DNA of 64,000 nucleotides from Phoronis australis (taxonomy: Eukaryota > Animalia > Phoronida): positions 774,874-838,873 of the forward strand of contig NMRA01000018.1 in NCBI GenBank assembly GCA_002633005.1, in the 5' to 3' direction. The position numbers were made by a program, and so were the translations under genes. Positions within the stretch are counted from its first letter, which is position 1. Each line of letters starts with the position of its first letter. Below the pieces are notes generated by a model. That model was not told the origin of the DNA. It did no database searches and saw only the letters and a program-made list of their open reading frames with translations. This document shows, in pieces, positions 38,831 through 50,681 of this stretch.

Positions 38831-40035
38831 ATTTCACCAAGTATTTAAAGGGCTCGCGAATCGAGGCTGCTTAATCTATCATCACTAGTACACGCGCGCC
38901 CTCTAGTAATGTAAAAATTGTCGAATAGTCACATTGTATATAGATTTCTTTGTATTTATCTAGCCAAGATACAATGCCTCTTGGCGCTTTCTGGGTTTGT
39001 ATATTTATGGTACAGACTATTTCATAATAAACATTAAAAATACGCTATCCATGGGCTGGTAGATGAGGTACATGGCGTTAGCAACAGCTTCACAGTTACA
39101 TCTACTTAAGAGACACAGAACACAGATTTCAAGTAATTCAGCAATTCCCACCAATCGCTTCGTCACCTGCAGGCAGACAGATAACGTACATGACGCCAGC
39201 AAAAGGCTCACAACTTGGGAGACACTAATTATGCATTTCAACTAATTCATCTATTCAAACTAATCGCTGCGCTTCCAGCGGGAATTTACACCAAACACGC
39301 ATTTCAACTAATTCAACTATTCTCACTAATTTCTGTGCCACCTGCAGCCAAGCCAGTGGCTCTCAGGTCTTTCTTTCTCGCAATGTCAGTACTACTTCAG
39401 ATGACGTTACAATTGGTAGAATTAGTTGAATATATCAGAGCCGGATAGGTAGAAATAACTTGGGATTAGTTGTATCCAACTAAAATCAACTAATTCAACT
39501 ATTCCTACTAACGCGCCGAGCCACCTGCAGGCAGACATATATCCTACATGACGTCACCAACAGGCTCACAATTTTAGAGACACCAAACACGAATTTCAAC
39601 TAATCGCTACGTCACCTGAGGGGGCAGGTTAACGACAAATATGACGTCAGCAACAGGCTCGCATGGTGATGGCAGGATAAGCCGGGATAAGTTGTGATTA
39701 GTTCAGTACAACTAAACATTCTGACTTGAATGCATTTTATCGCTATGCAATAGTGTCGTAAGTTGATGTCGTGATTCATGAAAAGATGCCAAAAGTTAAC
39801 GTAATGATCTAGTTTTTATTGAGTGACACTGATCGATTTAGAAACGAGATCAATCTTCGAGATTTTTTTCTGTCAGAAAAGGAAACAAAAGAGCTATGAT
39901 TTTGCAAGTGGTCTTTTTAATGAGAATTCATTAATTTGGGATAGCAAATTCTAGTTCAGGAAACGTGTACAGAACAGAGGATAATCATGTTCTAAGCCAA
40001 GTTTGTTTTTAAACTATTGTGAAGGTCCCACATAC

Positions 40036-40288
40036 CACATTTCGTCAAATTTCTTTGAAAACCGCGGTTTGCACAATCTTCAAGAAGAGTCAGCACATGT
40101 GAGTAGCATTGGATTGTGACAGAGTACGGTGTCTGTTTGAAGCCTTCAGAGTGAATGAATCTAGGCGTCTGAATAGGTTGGCGTAATGTACATGTATGAA
40201 TGGGCTCGTGTAAAAGCTTAGTTTCGTAGATATATCGCTGTTTGCTACAGTCGTTCGCTTCCCTAGGATCCATTGTGACCACATAACT
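40036..40288 (-). CDS. Candidate internal exon of the host (ShKT) gene, unknown domain
   Basis: Acceptor with branch-like ctaac (ttactaacacag), donor gtatgt, 253 bp open in phase 0 to 1 (SYVVTMDPREANDCSK...NLTKC). No family recognised. Confidence 0.4.
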
Positions 40289-40554
40289 CTGTGTTAGTAA
40301 CGGTTTAAATGAATCATGATCAGAACACATCGTATCTGCTTTTTAGTACGCTTGACAGAATATACTGCCACAACAGCTTCGCGCTTATGGGACTTCGCAA
40401 CTATAACAACGGTAGGCGTGGCCTAATTGCGTTTGTCGTAGCTATTCATTCGCTGCCTTTCTTCTTCAAAAGAATACCAAAGCATTATTCAGGTTATAAG
40501 TGCAATGGGCCCACAAGCGTACAGCGTGTAACAGACCACCTGCAATTATTGATA

Positions 40555-40635
40555 TACACACACGCACGCTCACGTGCACGCGCACACACGCATATACGCA
40601 TACATACATATATACATTCATACATACATACATAA
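40555..40635. repeat. Compound (CA/CG/TACA) microsatellite
   Basis: acacacacgcacgc...catacatacata. Confidence 0.8.
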
Positions 40636-40674
40636 GTACATAAACTTCGTTAATAACACGACTAAACTTTTTCT

Positions 40675-43666
40675 TAGCGAGCTTGATACTGGTACTTCCG
40701 TAATTTCGGAACACAGTGGAGGATCTACGTTTTCAGCAAGGGGGGTTAAGATTCCCGCCAAGGTCGAATCCTAGGCGCGTGGCGCCGAGCGGGGGGAGGT
40801 CGGCAGGGGGGTTTCCCCTCCCGTGTAAGATATTTTTTGTTTTTGTATCCAAATAGTGAAATTTCCATGCATCCTGGTAAGTTTCTGGCACTTAACATGT
40901 CTCTGGAGTTTTTCTTAAGATAATAAAAAACCCTTCTCGATTTCGTTACATGAACTTGGCTCATAAGTTTCGTGAAACCATATTGTGCACATCTGGGTAT
41001 GAGTCACGCCACCAGCAAAAATTTTGGAATATGTGCTTACACACACCTTTTTTAGCATACGAAAAGTCGTATATGAAAAAGTGTGGTGTGTATACAGGGG
41101 TTTAGGCAATTTCCAAATATTCAAGAGCATAATTAAGGAGCACCGACGGGGCGTAAAAACTTGAATATCAGATGATTGCGTAACAGTAGCCTCAAGTTGT
41201 TTAAGAACGAAGACCTGTACTGTTAGTCTGGAAATAAACATGTGTTCTGTCTCGTTACGAGAAAAACTGGCGAACGATGGTGCTCTCAACTCATAGTCTA
41301 TTATTAAAAGCGACAATAAATAATTAGGTATCACTTTATTAAGCTGAATCACGTTGACAACAATTGAAAAACGTCAAATCTATCAGGAAACATATCATCT
41401 GAAAACAGTTTCACGAAACCAAAACATCCTGTGCACAGTGGTGAAAAGATACTCTGGACTAGTTTCAGAGAGACCAGATGTACACTGAGAGTACATGTAC
41501 ACAAAAAGCTGACCTGGTCCGTCACGAGACCAAGAGTACACCTGTGCTTATTATCCCTATAAAAATAGTCGATCTGTCGCGGGACCAAACAGTAGATAAA
41601 TAGTTTTACAAAGCACACTTTGGTAAAAAAATCACAAGACTAGTTCGCTGAGGGACCAGAAGTACACTGAAACTCAACATTTACAAAAATCAAGCTGGCC
41701 TGGTCCGTCGCGAGATCTAAAGTGTACTATGCAAAAAAATTTGAATTGAAAACTTCTCTCTAAAATTTTAATCCCCAGTGGTTACTCAATCGTTAGTCCT
41801 ATCCTTCTGTTGTCTGTCTATTTGTATATCGGATCCAATGATTTGCTCGTCTTGGAACCATTCTACCCAGATATCTTCGATGTTTGTTCCCAACGCTTGC
41901 ACTTCGTCAACTGCTGTGTCAATGAGCTTGTAAGCCTCTACAATGTCAGCATCTCGTTTCGCAGCTCAGTTGACACTAAGACCCTTGAGGTTGCCAAGTC
42001 CATTCAAAAGACTTACATGCGCAACTAAATTTGATCCGTTCATCATGGACTACTTCAAAACCTTGACGAAGCATCCCAGTACCTATTTGCATCTCTTGCA
42101 ATTTTCGAAATAAACGTCCCAATGTCTGAACGCTTGAAACCCAAAGTACTAATATCAAATAAATGCCCATGGGCATGAGCGTTTCATCGGGTGAGCCTTT
42201 GTGCGAAAATTCCCAGTATAGAAGACGGCAGTGTGCTTATTGCAGGTAGACAGACGGTAGGTGTTGAGGTCGGACCTAGGGCTCCTTAGGAGGCCTATTG
42301 AACATCGCACGAGTCCCGCAAGATTTTGTTGTGAAAGAACAGCCTCCCCGCAATTTCTGGTACTGTACACTTTTCGCGAATGCGGTCACTTTCTCAATGT
42401 GAGTGACCCCTTGGTCATTCCTTGTATAGACATAACTTGTTAAAGAGTGCGTCTTCAAACGGACTCGCGACCAGACCATGACGCCCGCCACAATAGCAAT
42501 TCTTCGGAAAAAGATTTTTTTTCAAAAATATTACATGTACATGTACTTGTACACAATATTACATGTACATGTACACTGTATGATATTGCGCAAGACAACT
42601 TTACTATACATCAGTTACAAACGTGTGGAGTGTAATAGAACGACACGGCATGACAGATGAGGTAAAAACGTTGCACGTCAATTCGCCTGAATATCAGGGT
42701 TGCGGCACCGCAGTATTTCCCCTAATCAAATCAAAATATATCTTAAGAGTAAAGAAGCTAGTTACCAAAAGAAATCAGCTATAGAGCCACAAAGACTCAA
42801 CAATTCACAATGCAAAAAACTATATTTTCAGAGTGAACCCCCCCCCTCAATTTTTCCAAGTTGGTTTACTTGGGGTTTACACACGCTGGCGGTGTCGTTT
42901 TTGTTTTGCTGGATACGCTTTTTTTTTAATTTTTGGATCCTGGCCCGAGGGGGAATTTAAACCCCCTGAACACCCCGTAGATCCGCCACTGGAACAGTCT
43001 CCTTTCTTTTGGTGAGCAGGTATGACTATAAGAATATCAGAATACAAAGTCACGTCAGTTTGTCATGACAAACACCTCCAGTCGTGAAAGACCAGTGGCC
43101 AAATGTAATGTTGTTTACCATTTCACATGTCATACGTGAACAGCGTTACGGTAAGTGTGTTCTCTCTCGCGACGGTTTTCCATGCACTTGCAGGGGGGTC
43201 CATTCAAGATCACGTAGTACACCAACATGGGTGAAAAATAACTAGGCAAGAAATAGTAGACAATACCATCATTCGCTATGTTGAAAATGACAAATTTCCG
43301 CTAAAGATTTTGGAATCGCTATAGATCAGTCACGAAAAAACAGTCTTGAATAAACAGCTCACAAGTTTGTATCGCACGCTGGCTCTGTTTCGATAGGGTT
43401 ACGGGGTTCCTACCATGTGTTGCATTCACACTCTCTGCTTGTATGCCCCTCTTCCCGCTGTCACGTGTATTTCTCTGTTTATTTCGCTCTGTGGATGTCC
43501 ATTCCACACACTGCCTGATGATTTGACATGGAGTCATGAAATATACTTGTAGCTATTGTTAATATTTGCTTGTTTGTTACGTCTCATGGTCTTTTACATC
43601 ATACCTGAACACCAGATGAAAGGAGACTGTTCCGAAATTACGAACGTACCAGTACCAAGCTCGCTA
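40675..43666. mobile_element. MITE-like element with about 70-bp TIRs; the left TIR is interrupted by a hAT-like insertion
   Basis: tagcgagcttgatactggtacttccgtaatttcggaaca[insert]gtctcctttc is the inverse of gaaaggagactgttccgaaattacgaacgtaccagtaccaagctcgcta. Confidence 0.75.
40714..42991 (-). mobile_element. hAT-like element with 5-bp TSD (hAT5-type) and a decayed transposase fragment (about 41790-42200)
   Basis: gaaca|cagtggaggatctacg ... cgtagatccgccactg|gaaca. Minus-strand LKGLSVN*AAKRDADIVEAYKLIDTAVDEVQAL...IWVEWF resembles P52rIPK/THAP12-type hAT transposases. Confidence 0.8.
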
Positions 43667-43692
43667 AAAAAAAGAAGGGCTACTACCGAACT

Positions 43693-43700
43693 ACACACAC

Positions 43701-43745
<45 letters not shown>

Positions 43746-43757
43746 CACACACACACA
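43693..43757. repeat. (CA)n microsatellite
   Basis: About 32 nearly perfect CA units. Confidence 0.95.
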
Positions 43758-44107
43758 TATACCTATATTTCAGGCCAATTAACGGATATTGAGTATCACT
43801 AATCACTTAATTCTTTGTAAAAATAATGCTCTAACCCTCGTCATCCCTGAAAGATATGGAGAATGTCCCTTGCAAACTTTACGAAAGGGCGACGAATGCC
43901 TAACGCTTCGGGCTAGTTTATCGACGATTGTGGTGAAAGACGTCCACCTCGAATACATGTAAGAAAGGTTAAACTTTGACATACAGTTAGAGTCGAGTTG
44001 AAGGTTTTTGTCCCTCAGGGAGCACAAACTGCACACTAGCACGAGACGAAGTCAGTTTTGGGTGAAATCATCAATTACGATGTATTGTTTCATTTCAAAC
44101 TACATAC

Positions 44108-44293
44108 CATTGTCGAGGTTTCCTTTACAAAAGCCACAGGAGAGTGAGCAGTTGAAGGTCATATACGTCTTCTCCAAATCACACCACCCATTTTTCATTA
44201 AGTGAGAACAATTAACGTCAAGGTCGAAACATGCTGACCTCGCAAATATCTCTGTTGCAGCAGTGGAGCTCAGTATTGTTCTTCTTGATACAC
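44108..44293 (-). CDS. Exon encoding an ShKT (ShK toxin-like) domain
   Basis: Acceptor gtttacttttcag, donor gtatgt, 186 bp, phase 1 to 1. CFDLDVNCSHLMKNGWCDLEKTYMTFNCSLSCGFC has the six-Cys ShKT spacing ending in CxxxCxxC. Confidence 0.85.
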
Positions 44294-45171
44294 CTGAAAA
44301 GTAAACGAAAGAGACTTCAATTCTGAAAAGTAACCAGCCTCTGAGGTTACAAGCACCACTTGTCATAGACCTGTAAGAACTGCACTATCACCATCGACGA
44401 CTTAAAAGGACAAAATGCCGAGTTAGTTCAGTCACAGTTGTTCGATTGGTCTCACTTTGTAGATATTATCATAAATCAGATTGCGGGTGATTTCTAGTTT
44501 TACAAAGAAAAGACAAAGCGATATTGGTAAAAATGAGCTCATTAAGTTCCAATTCTTTGTGTTGAGATAGGAGCGCTTCAAATTTGGCTAGAATGTGTTG
44601 AAAAGAGATGTGTTGGTGACGTAGTTGTTAGCAGCTGGAGACAAGGCACTGCTTCAAAAGGTTCCCAATCTGCAGAGTGACAGACAAAGCGATAAGCAGT
44701 GAGTTTGAGACGTTGTTTTGCCATGCTAAATTTATTTTTTAAACTTGAAGTTTGCCTACGGCAAAAGAGCTAGCCTGAGCAGGTATGCGTGGTGAGACAT
44801 TTTCTCGCTACCTATATGTAACTCCTAACGCCCAAAGGCAGGTCAGACACACCTGGGGCATGTTTCTCTAAGAGTGAATTTGCTTTTGTTTAATGGCTCT
44901 CGATTACAAAATCAGAATAGGGACGACTAAACTCGTTTCACGAAAATCAGGCTTAAGTTGATAGTTTGAAAATGGGTCCACAGTTCAAAGTCAAAAGAAT
45001 AAATCCACGGTCTATTCGAGCAAATAAAGAAAAGACAATATGCTTTGACGAACGCAAAAGACAAGAAATTCAAGTTTTGACTATTCGTAGCATACATGTA
45101 CTTCTGACCAGAACAACCCTCGAGGTAGGATGAAGTGTTTCAGAAGAAAAAGGGAGCTTTAACGTGTTTAC

Positions 45172-45808
45172 AGGAGAATGCTACCTAAAAATAACCTATT
45201 TTGTATCGATTTAGATCGAGTAGTTCCACTCGATAACAGCAAATTCAGTTCTACCTGACAGCTGACGGCAGACGAAGGTGTTGGAATTAACCAATGACGT
45301 CACGGGTTCGAACGTAGTCTATTCAGCAGTTCACAACACGCTTATTAGTGTCAGCTCTTCGCTTGAATTCATCAATTTACACCAAAAATCATCAAAATTC
45401 GATGTAAAACCCTTACATATACGTCGCGTTTTGGAACAAACGTGCTGTTATATTGCGTACCGTAGTCCACAAAGTCAGGAAGGCCAATTTAGTAAAGGAC
45501 GGTGACGGGAGTTTGGAGTCTATTCGGGGATAAATTCAAATTATTCTTCCGTGAAATATAGACAGGAGAACATATCTGTGTATTGTAATGTTAGACTTCC
45601 CACTTTTCCAGTTCTAAACACACAAAACGCTTGCGTTCCCGGCCAGTGGCTCGGAACCCGATCATGCCCGGCGCGGCCGGACTGAAGACATCATGAAAAT
45701 AAACCAGCCATAATTGGAAACTAAACCTGCAATCACGAAAAGACTATACTAGTGAGCCAAAGAAATAATGTGCACGCGATTATTTTGGTGAATTAGCCGC
45801 GAAACTGC
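45172..45808 (+). mobile_element. Older, truncated copy of the Kolobok-like family (left part)
   Basis: Begins aggagaatgctacc and aligns with 57708-58403. It is cut by the tail of an opposite-strand LINE. Confidence 0.75.
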
Positions 45809-45809
45809 A

Positions 45810-46409
45810 TATTCAAAAAATTCAAATTCAAATTCATGTATTTCAACATTTAAGGCCTTGGCCCACATGTTACATAAAATTTACAGGATAACGCTGACCA
45901 GCTTTTCCCTGAGAGCAGCGGCGTGAAATACAAATTTCATTAGATTAATCTGAGCATTGGGCTCCGACATTTTCATAAGTTTTACAAATTTATGTTTATT
46001 TGGTTCACGCCAGCACCACTCAGGTATAAATGCAGTTCTCAGAGAGCAGTACATTTTACAAACACATATAAAATGGTATTCATCTTCAATTAGGGACACA
46101 CAGAAACAACACACACGGTATTTTTGGTCCACGAGAGTATGTCTACCTTTCTCTATCATCAAGTTGTGGTTGGAGCAACGTAATTTTGCCATAGCTGCTA
46201 AAAAGATATATGGAATATCACGCAACAGATAGGATTCCATTTCAAAATCAATTTTAAATGAGAAATATGTATTAAGTTTTGAGCTATTCTCCACAGCAAA
46301 GCTCCAGTCTTGTAAAAAACAATCTTTAATTCGCTGCTCAAAAATGACAAGAAACGATGCTTCGCAGCCAACTCCCTGATTGTACCATACCAAACCAAAA
46401 CCATACCTT
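45810..46409 (-). mobile_element. 3' end of an RTE-X-like non-LTR retrotransposon
   Basis: ORF with FEQRIKDCFLQDW...KLRCSNHNLMIEKGRH...RVCCFC...IEDEYHFICVC..Y..LR and a (TTGAAT)n-type tail. Bounded by a single N at 46410. Confidence 0.8.
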
Positions 46410-46410
46410 N

Positions 46411-47830
46411 TTTTCATTGAATTACGGGATCCCGTAATTTAATAATTTGGTCATGCCCTATTAAGGAAGTGACGTTTAAGGGGTTTATAATTTCCCGCCA
46501 TTTTATTTTTTTGGGTTCGAATTCACTGTGAGAAACTTTTGTTTTCGTGCTGGTTTCCTAAAACTGTCGTCACCACGACGAGTTATCCACGATCAGTTAA
46601 GTTCTAAGAAAAAAATGGACTAGTAATAAATACGAATTCTGGATGTTGTTGTTGTTGTACGTCGTCTTGGAGCAAACTTGACTTTACCGAAGTCCATCAG
46701 TGTCTTCACCGACTGAAAGGTGAAGAGCACGACACTAGACATGGTAAAAGGTACCTCGGTCATCCCACGGAGGGAGGAACAACTGTCTCACTTGCCCTAG
46801 TATAGTGTCCCGCGACGCATTCCCACTGGATACTGACCTGAGCACTGAGCACCCGAGCAAACAGCTTGCATCCCACCTTAAAATACAGTAGATCCAATAC
46901 TTTAGTCAAAACCACAATAAACTCATCAAAGTTTGGCTCACGGGCCTGACCACTGGACGACGAACTGTCGTTTTCACAGGGTGACGAACAAGGCCTGCAT
47001 TCACTGCCACAACTCAACATTGCTGCAGGGCTGGTTAAAGGCTCTGGCTGACGACAGAACAAGTACAGGGCGAATCACTGTTAGTTCCCGGAATTGCACG
47101 CACTGGGGTACGTTTGGAGGCATTGGTGACAGTGGCTGAAGGGTCTCAAGCCATAGCTTGCGAGGCTTCTCGCTTCAAAAATGCTTTTCTCTGAGGTTAC
47201 GACGGGCCACTGCCGGGAATCAACAGCGACGGTATGGCACCCTTCTTCAGGCGTTGTTTTGCAGGAACCTCCCTCACTTCAGCGAACATATCTCTTAAGA
47301 AATCCGACTGCAGAAAATGCTTGCCTCATTCTCGGTATTTCTCCAGCTCCTTTGGACTATGGACCACCACGGAAATAAGTTGTTGTGCAGATGATGTGCA
47401 TAGTTATTTCATAAAATTTCTTCTACCTTGAACTTATTACTGTATTTATTGTTGTAATTATGCATATTATCAAATAAATTAATAATATTAATAATGATGC
47501 GTTGCGTGGACGGGTCACACATCAATGAGCCGAGTGTGTCATCCGTGAGAAAGCGACGTAATGGTACACCCAAAGTGTGCGTGAGACGATAATGAATGCA
47601 TCCTGGTACACAGCAACCGTGCCGTACATGTATGTTAAGTGATTCCTTTACAAACGCAAACGACGACCGAAATCATAACAACCGAGGTAAAACAATGACT
47701 TACTCGACGGCTCCCACAGTAAATCTTTATGAAAACAAAATGACGATAAATTCTAACCCCAAAACGTCACTTCTGGAATAGGGTATGACTAATTAATTTA
47801 ATTACGGGAAGCTGTAACTAACTGAAAACT
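46411..47830 (-). mobile_element. TIR element (about 50-bp TIR) containing a THAP C-terminal remnant (about 47215-47322)
   Basis: ttttcattgaattacgggatcccgtaatt...gtcatgccctatt versus aatagggtatgac...aattacgggaagctgtaactaactgaaaa. Minus-strand KHFLQSDFLRDMFAEVREVPAKQRLKKGAIPSL. Confidence 0.65.
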
Positions 47831-48039
47831 ATGTCTGGGATAATCAGTGAATCGTATTTTGACGAAAATGACATGAAAAGGGTTATTATTTCTCCTTTAG
47901 AACTTAGCTTGCATTTTCTCTTCACGGGCTTATATGGGTAGGACTGATAACAAGTTGGCGGCACAAGCTAGGAAGGTATGTTTTCTATAATAGAAGTTGA
48001 TGGATCAGACAATGGTTTAGATTACAAATTGCCATGCAA

Positions 48040-48800
48040 TTTTCTTATAAAACAATAGCACCCGTATTGTATTATGGTTCAGAACGGTGGGCTTGTCAGA
48101 CCTACAGTAGCACTGAGAATGTGCCGATCAATTTTCGTAAAAATATACTTAGATAAAAATAATACTTCTAACTTAGCGGTTGCTGGAGAATTTGGGAAAG
48201 ATTCCCGTTGTGTGAAAAATTTGCTCAAAATACCAAACATCACCGATAGCAGACTTCCAAAAGAATGGTATGAACTTATGAGCCACCTGGCCGACTCACG
48301 TCAAACATTTGTAATAAAAATATGGATTTAATCACGTTAGGGCCCAGCAAAATGGGTAATAAAGCGCAGAATATCTTCGTATTTAAACAAAGGCTAAAAG
48401 ATTATTCTTTGCAAGAATAGGAATGCAATAGTAAATTAACATTTGTTTGATGATGTTTTTTTTTCAAATTATCTGTGCGACGCAATACTTTGAAATAATG
48501 GAAAATGCAAATCTTAGAAAATTCATACATAAAATTAGATGTTCTAACCATTGGTTGGAAACTGAAGCACGGCGAGGTCATATAGATAGAGAATTTGAAA
48601 ACTGTGATTTCTCAAAGACTTGTAATTCCTGTAAATGAGGATAACTTCAGTTTTATAACACACTGCTCTTTAAATGGTAGTTTCGAGATAAGTTTATTCC
48701 CACTTTCAATAATTTCACTTATTCTTTCCAAAACTCGCCAAACATATTGCTTCATGTATTTGACGGTCACCATACCCTTAAGACAATAGAGAGGTTTAGC
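48040..48800 (+). mobile_element. Highly decayed RTE-X-like LINE C-terminal fragment
   Basis: NTSNLAVAGEFG, SRLPK, FKQRLKD and KIRCSNHWLETE, in broken frames. Confidence 0.65.
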
Positions 48801-49650
48801 AAAGCGACGTGAATGTGAATTATCACGTATATACAATTCTGCGTCATACATGCCGTTGTTGGCTGTGACGTAATCCCGTTAGTGTTAGCGAATTTTACGC
48901 GAATACAGGAACATTCGCGAAACCTGTAGCCCCTTTTTAATTTTTTTTGGCAAGACATCGAAACAATTTTTATTTTGATTGGGTTCTCTTTGCTTCAGTA
49001 CAAAATAAACACGACTCTTTTGTCTAAAAATGTTCTTAAAGTATATTTGTAAGAAAGCATCTTTTACAAAATCCTTATTCTGCCTTGGTTCGCTAAATAT
49101 AATTTTGTATTTTCAATTTTTTAAAGGATTAATTTACATGCAACTATTTTTTTCAAACTGCCAACAAATATCACATTCTAAGACTTGACCATTTCTCGCA
49201 GGAGTTCGTAGAAACGATTTTTTAACATAAAAGAAGTTGCATCGGCAGAGTGACTCTTAAGTTTTTTGTATTCTAGCTGACTTGTACTAGGCTAGAATAA
49301 CTGGACACCCTGAGCTGAGTTATTCAGTTCAACTTTACTTTCATGTTCACGTAAACGTTTAGCTGTTGCGAAAGCCATTTTTGTTCCTGTAACGTGACTC
49401 GGCAAGTTCAATTAAGTATGCGTGACAATTCACGTTCACGTTACTTTGCGAAACTTGTCTAATGCACGAAATAATGCATCATCCTGCACTTGGAATATAT
49501 CGTCATGCATGTATCTTGGTTACCCAGGATAGCAATTTCTTGGCTGCGTCTTTCACAACACATTGTGGCTCCCCCACACATAGATATGAGGCAATTGACT
49601 CATATCCACATTTCAGCTCTGCTAAAGGTAACAAAATAATGAAAACTTAC

Positions 49651-49727
49651 CGTAAGAGTATAGGACGAATGAAACTAAACTCGCGGTGGCGATGAGAACA
49701 ACAAGACAGACTCTAAGACGCTGTATC
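49651..49727 (-). CDS. Putative signal-anchor/TM exon upstream of the ShKT exon
   Basis: Acceptor cgtctgttttcacag, donor gtaagt, 77 bp, phase 2 to 1. Encodes IQRLRVCLVVLIATASLVSFVLYSY. Phase-compatible with the exon at 44108-44293. Confidence 0.65.
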
Positions 49728-50681
49728 CTGTGAAAACAGACGAGGCAAATACTTTAGTTGTTAAGACTATCAATTTTAGGCGCTTTATACAGGTGTGACA
49801 TGCGACGTACTTTGATTTAAAAACAGATCACGAAGTCATTCTTTCCGGTGTTGTCTGTGTTAAGCGGCCTCAAACAACTGTCGAGCATTTCGCCCGTCAG
49901 ACCGGCTCACACCACGTCGAAAGTGTGAAAACACTGGGTTGCGTTGCGGCCGATAACGAAACGTTAGTGTTTTAATCAAGGAAACAAAATGCATTGCCGT
50001 TCACTGATCTATCTTGCTGATACCGGAAGTAGACAGCCACTCGAGTTTCATGAAGTTCCGCGGTATGACGCTAATGTATTTGAAAACATTTGAGTTTTTT
50101 TAGCAACGGTCTCGCGATATCACAATTTCAAAGTCGAAATACCGTTTCTTTTGACCACGACAAACTTTGTGGTTGTCGGATACGCTGATTGACCGAACTG
50201 AAAAGTTGCTTCCTCAAATGAACACCCCGCGCGCTCGCCCAGTTCGGCTAAAATTTAGACGCAAACGGCCATAGCTTGGGTAATCGCCCAATCTCGACTT
50301 TTGCCAATTTTCGGTTTAAGCGCCCACATGTCCAAAACTGCTTGAAAATGTTTTACCACTTTATTCGGTAACCTGGAACCAAACTAACCAGAAAATATGT
50401 GTAGGAAAAATCATTATAGACAAATATTACGCAAACCGTTATCATATACATCTTACAATAGCCACTGTTTACACACAGTACAGTTGTTACGTAATTAAAA
50501 CCAAACCAAATATTTGTAATGTTTGCAATGAAAGAAGAATTAGTCGTGCCATTAAGAAAGATGAAAAACAAAGGAAACCATTAATCAGTTTTGTTTCATT
50601 GTTCTGTTTGTGTACTACCAAATCGCACTTCATTGACATGACCCAGTACAACGGGTGGCGTAAAACTGAAGGTGCCCAAGT

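Larger units (their letters stand above)
30800..38932 (-). mobile_element. ISL2EU-like (PHIS group) DNA transposon, decayed, carrying a nested 5.4-kb element
   Basis: at|GGGGCTATTCGAC ... GTCGAATAGTCAC|at gives a 13-bp imperfect TIR and a 2-bp AT TSD. Removing it restores the LINE tail. It contains SAP-like and YqaJ-like coding remnants. Confidence 0.75.
28885..39040 (+). mobile_element. 3' fragment of the same CR1/L2-group LINE family, in three pieces (about 28885-29312, 30712-30799, 38933-39040)
   Basis: The pieces align consecutively to 6560-7125: ttcctaaacaa..tttagacataat, tgtgtatgaaaatgatttattta, ttgtatatagatttctttgta...aatgcctcttggcgctttctgggtt...aataaacatta. Confidence 0.85.
28740..39720. 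repeat. Diverged tandem-repeat array (about 110-bp unit) split into 28740-28880 and 39050-39720 by nested insertions
   Basis: Shared motifs ctaatcgctgcgccacctg, catttcaactaattcaa and gagacac occur on both sides of the inserted block. Confidence 0.6.
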
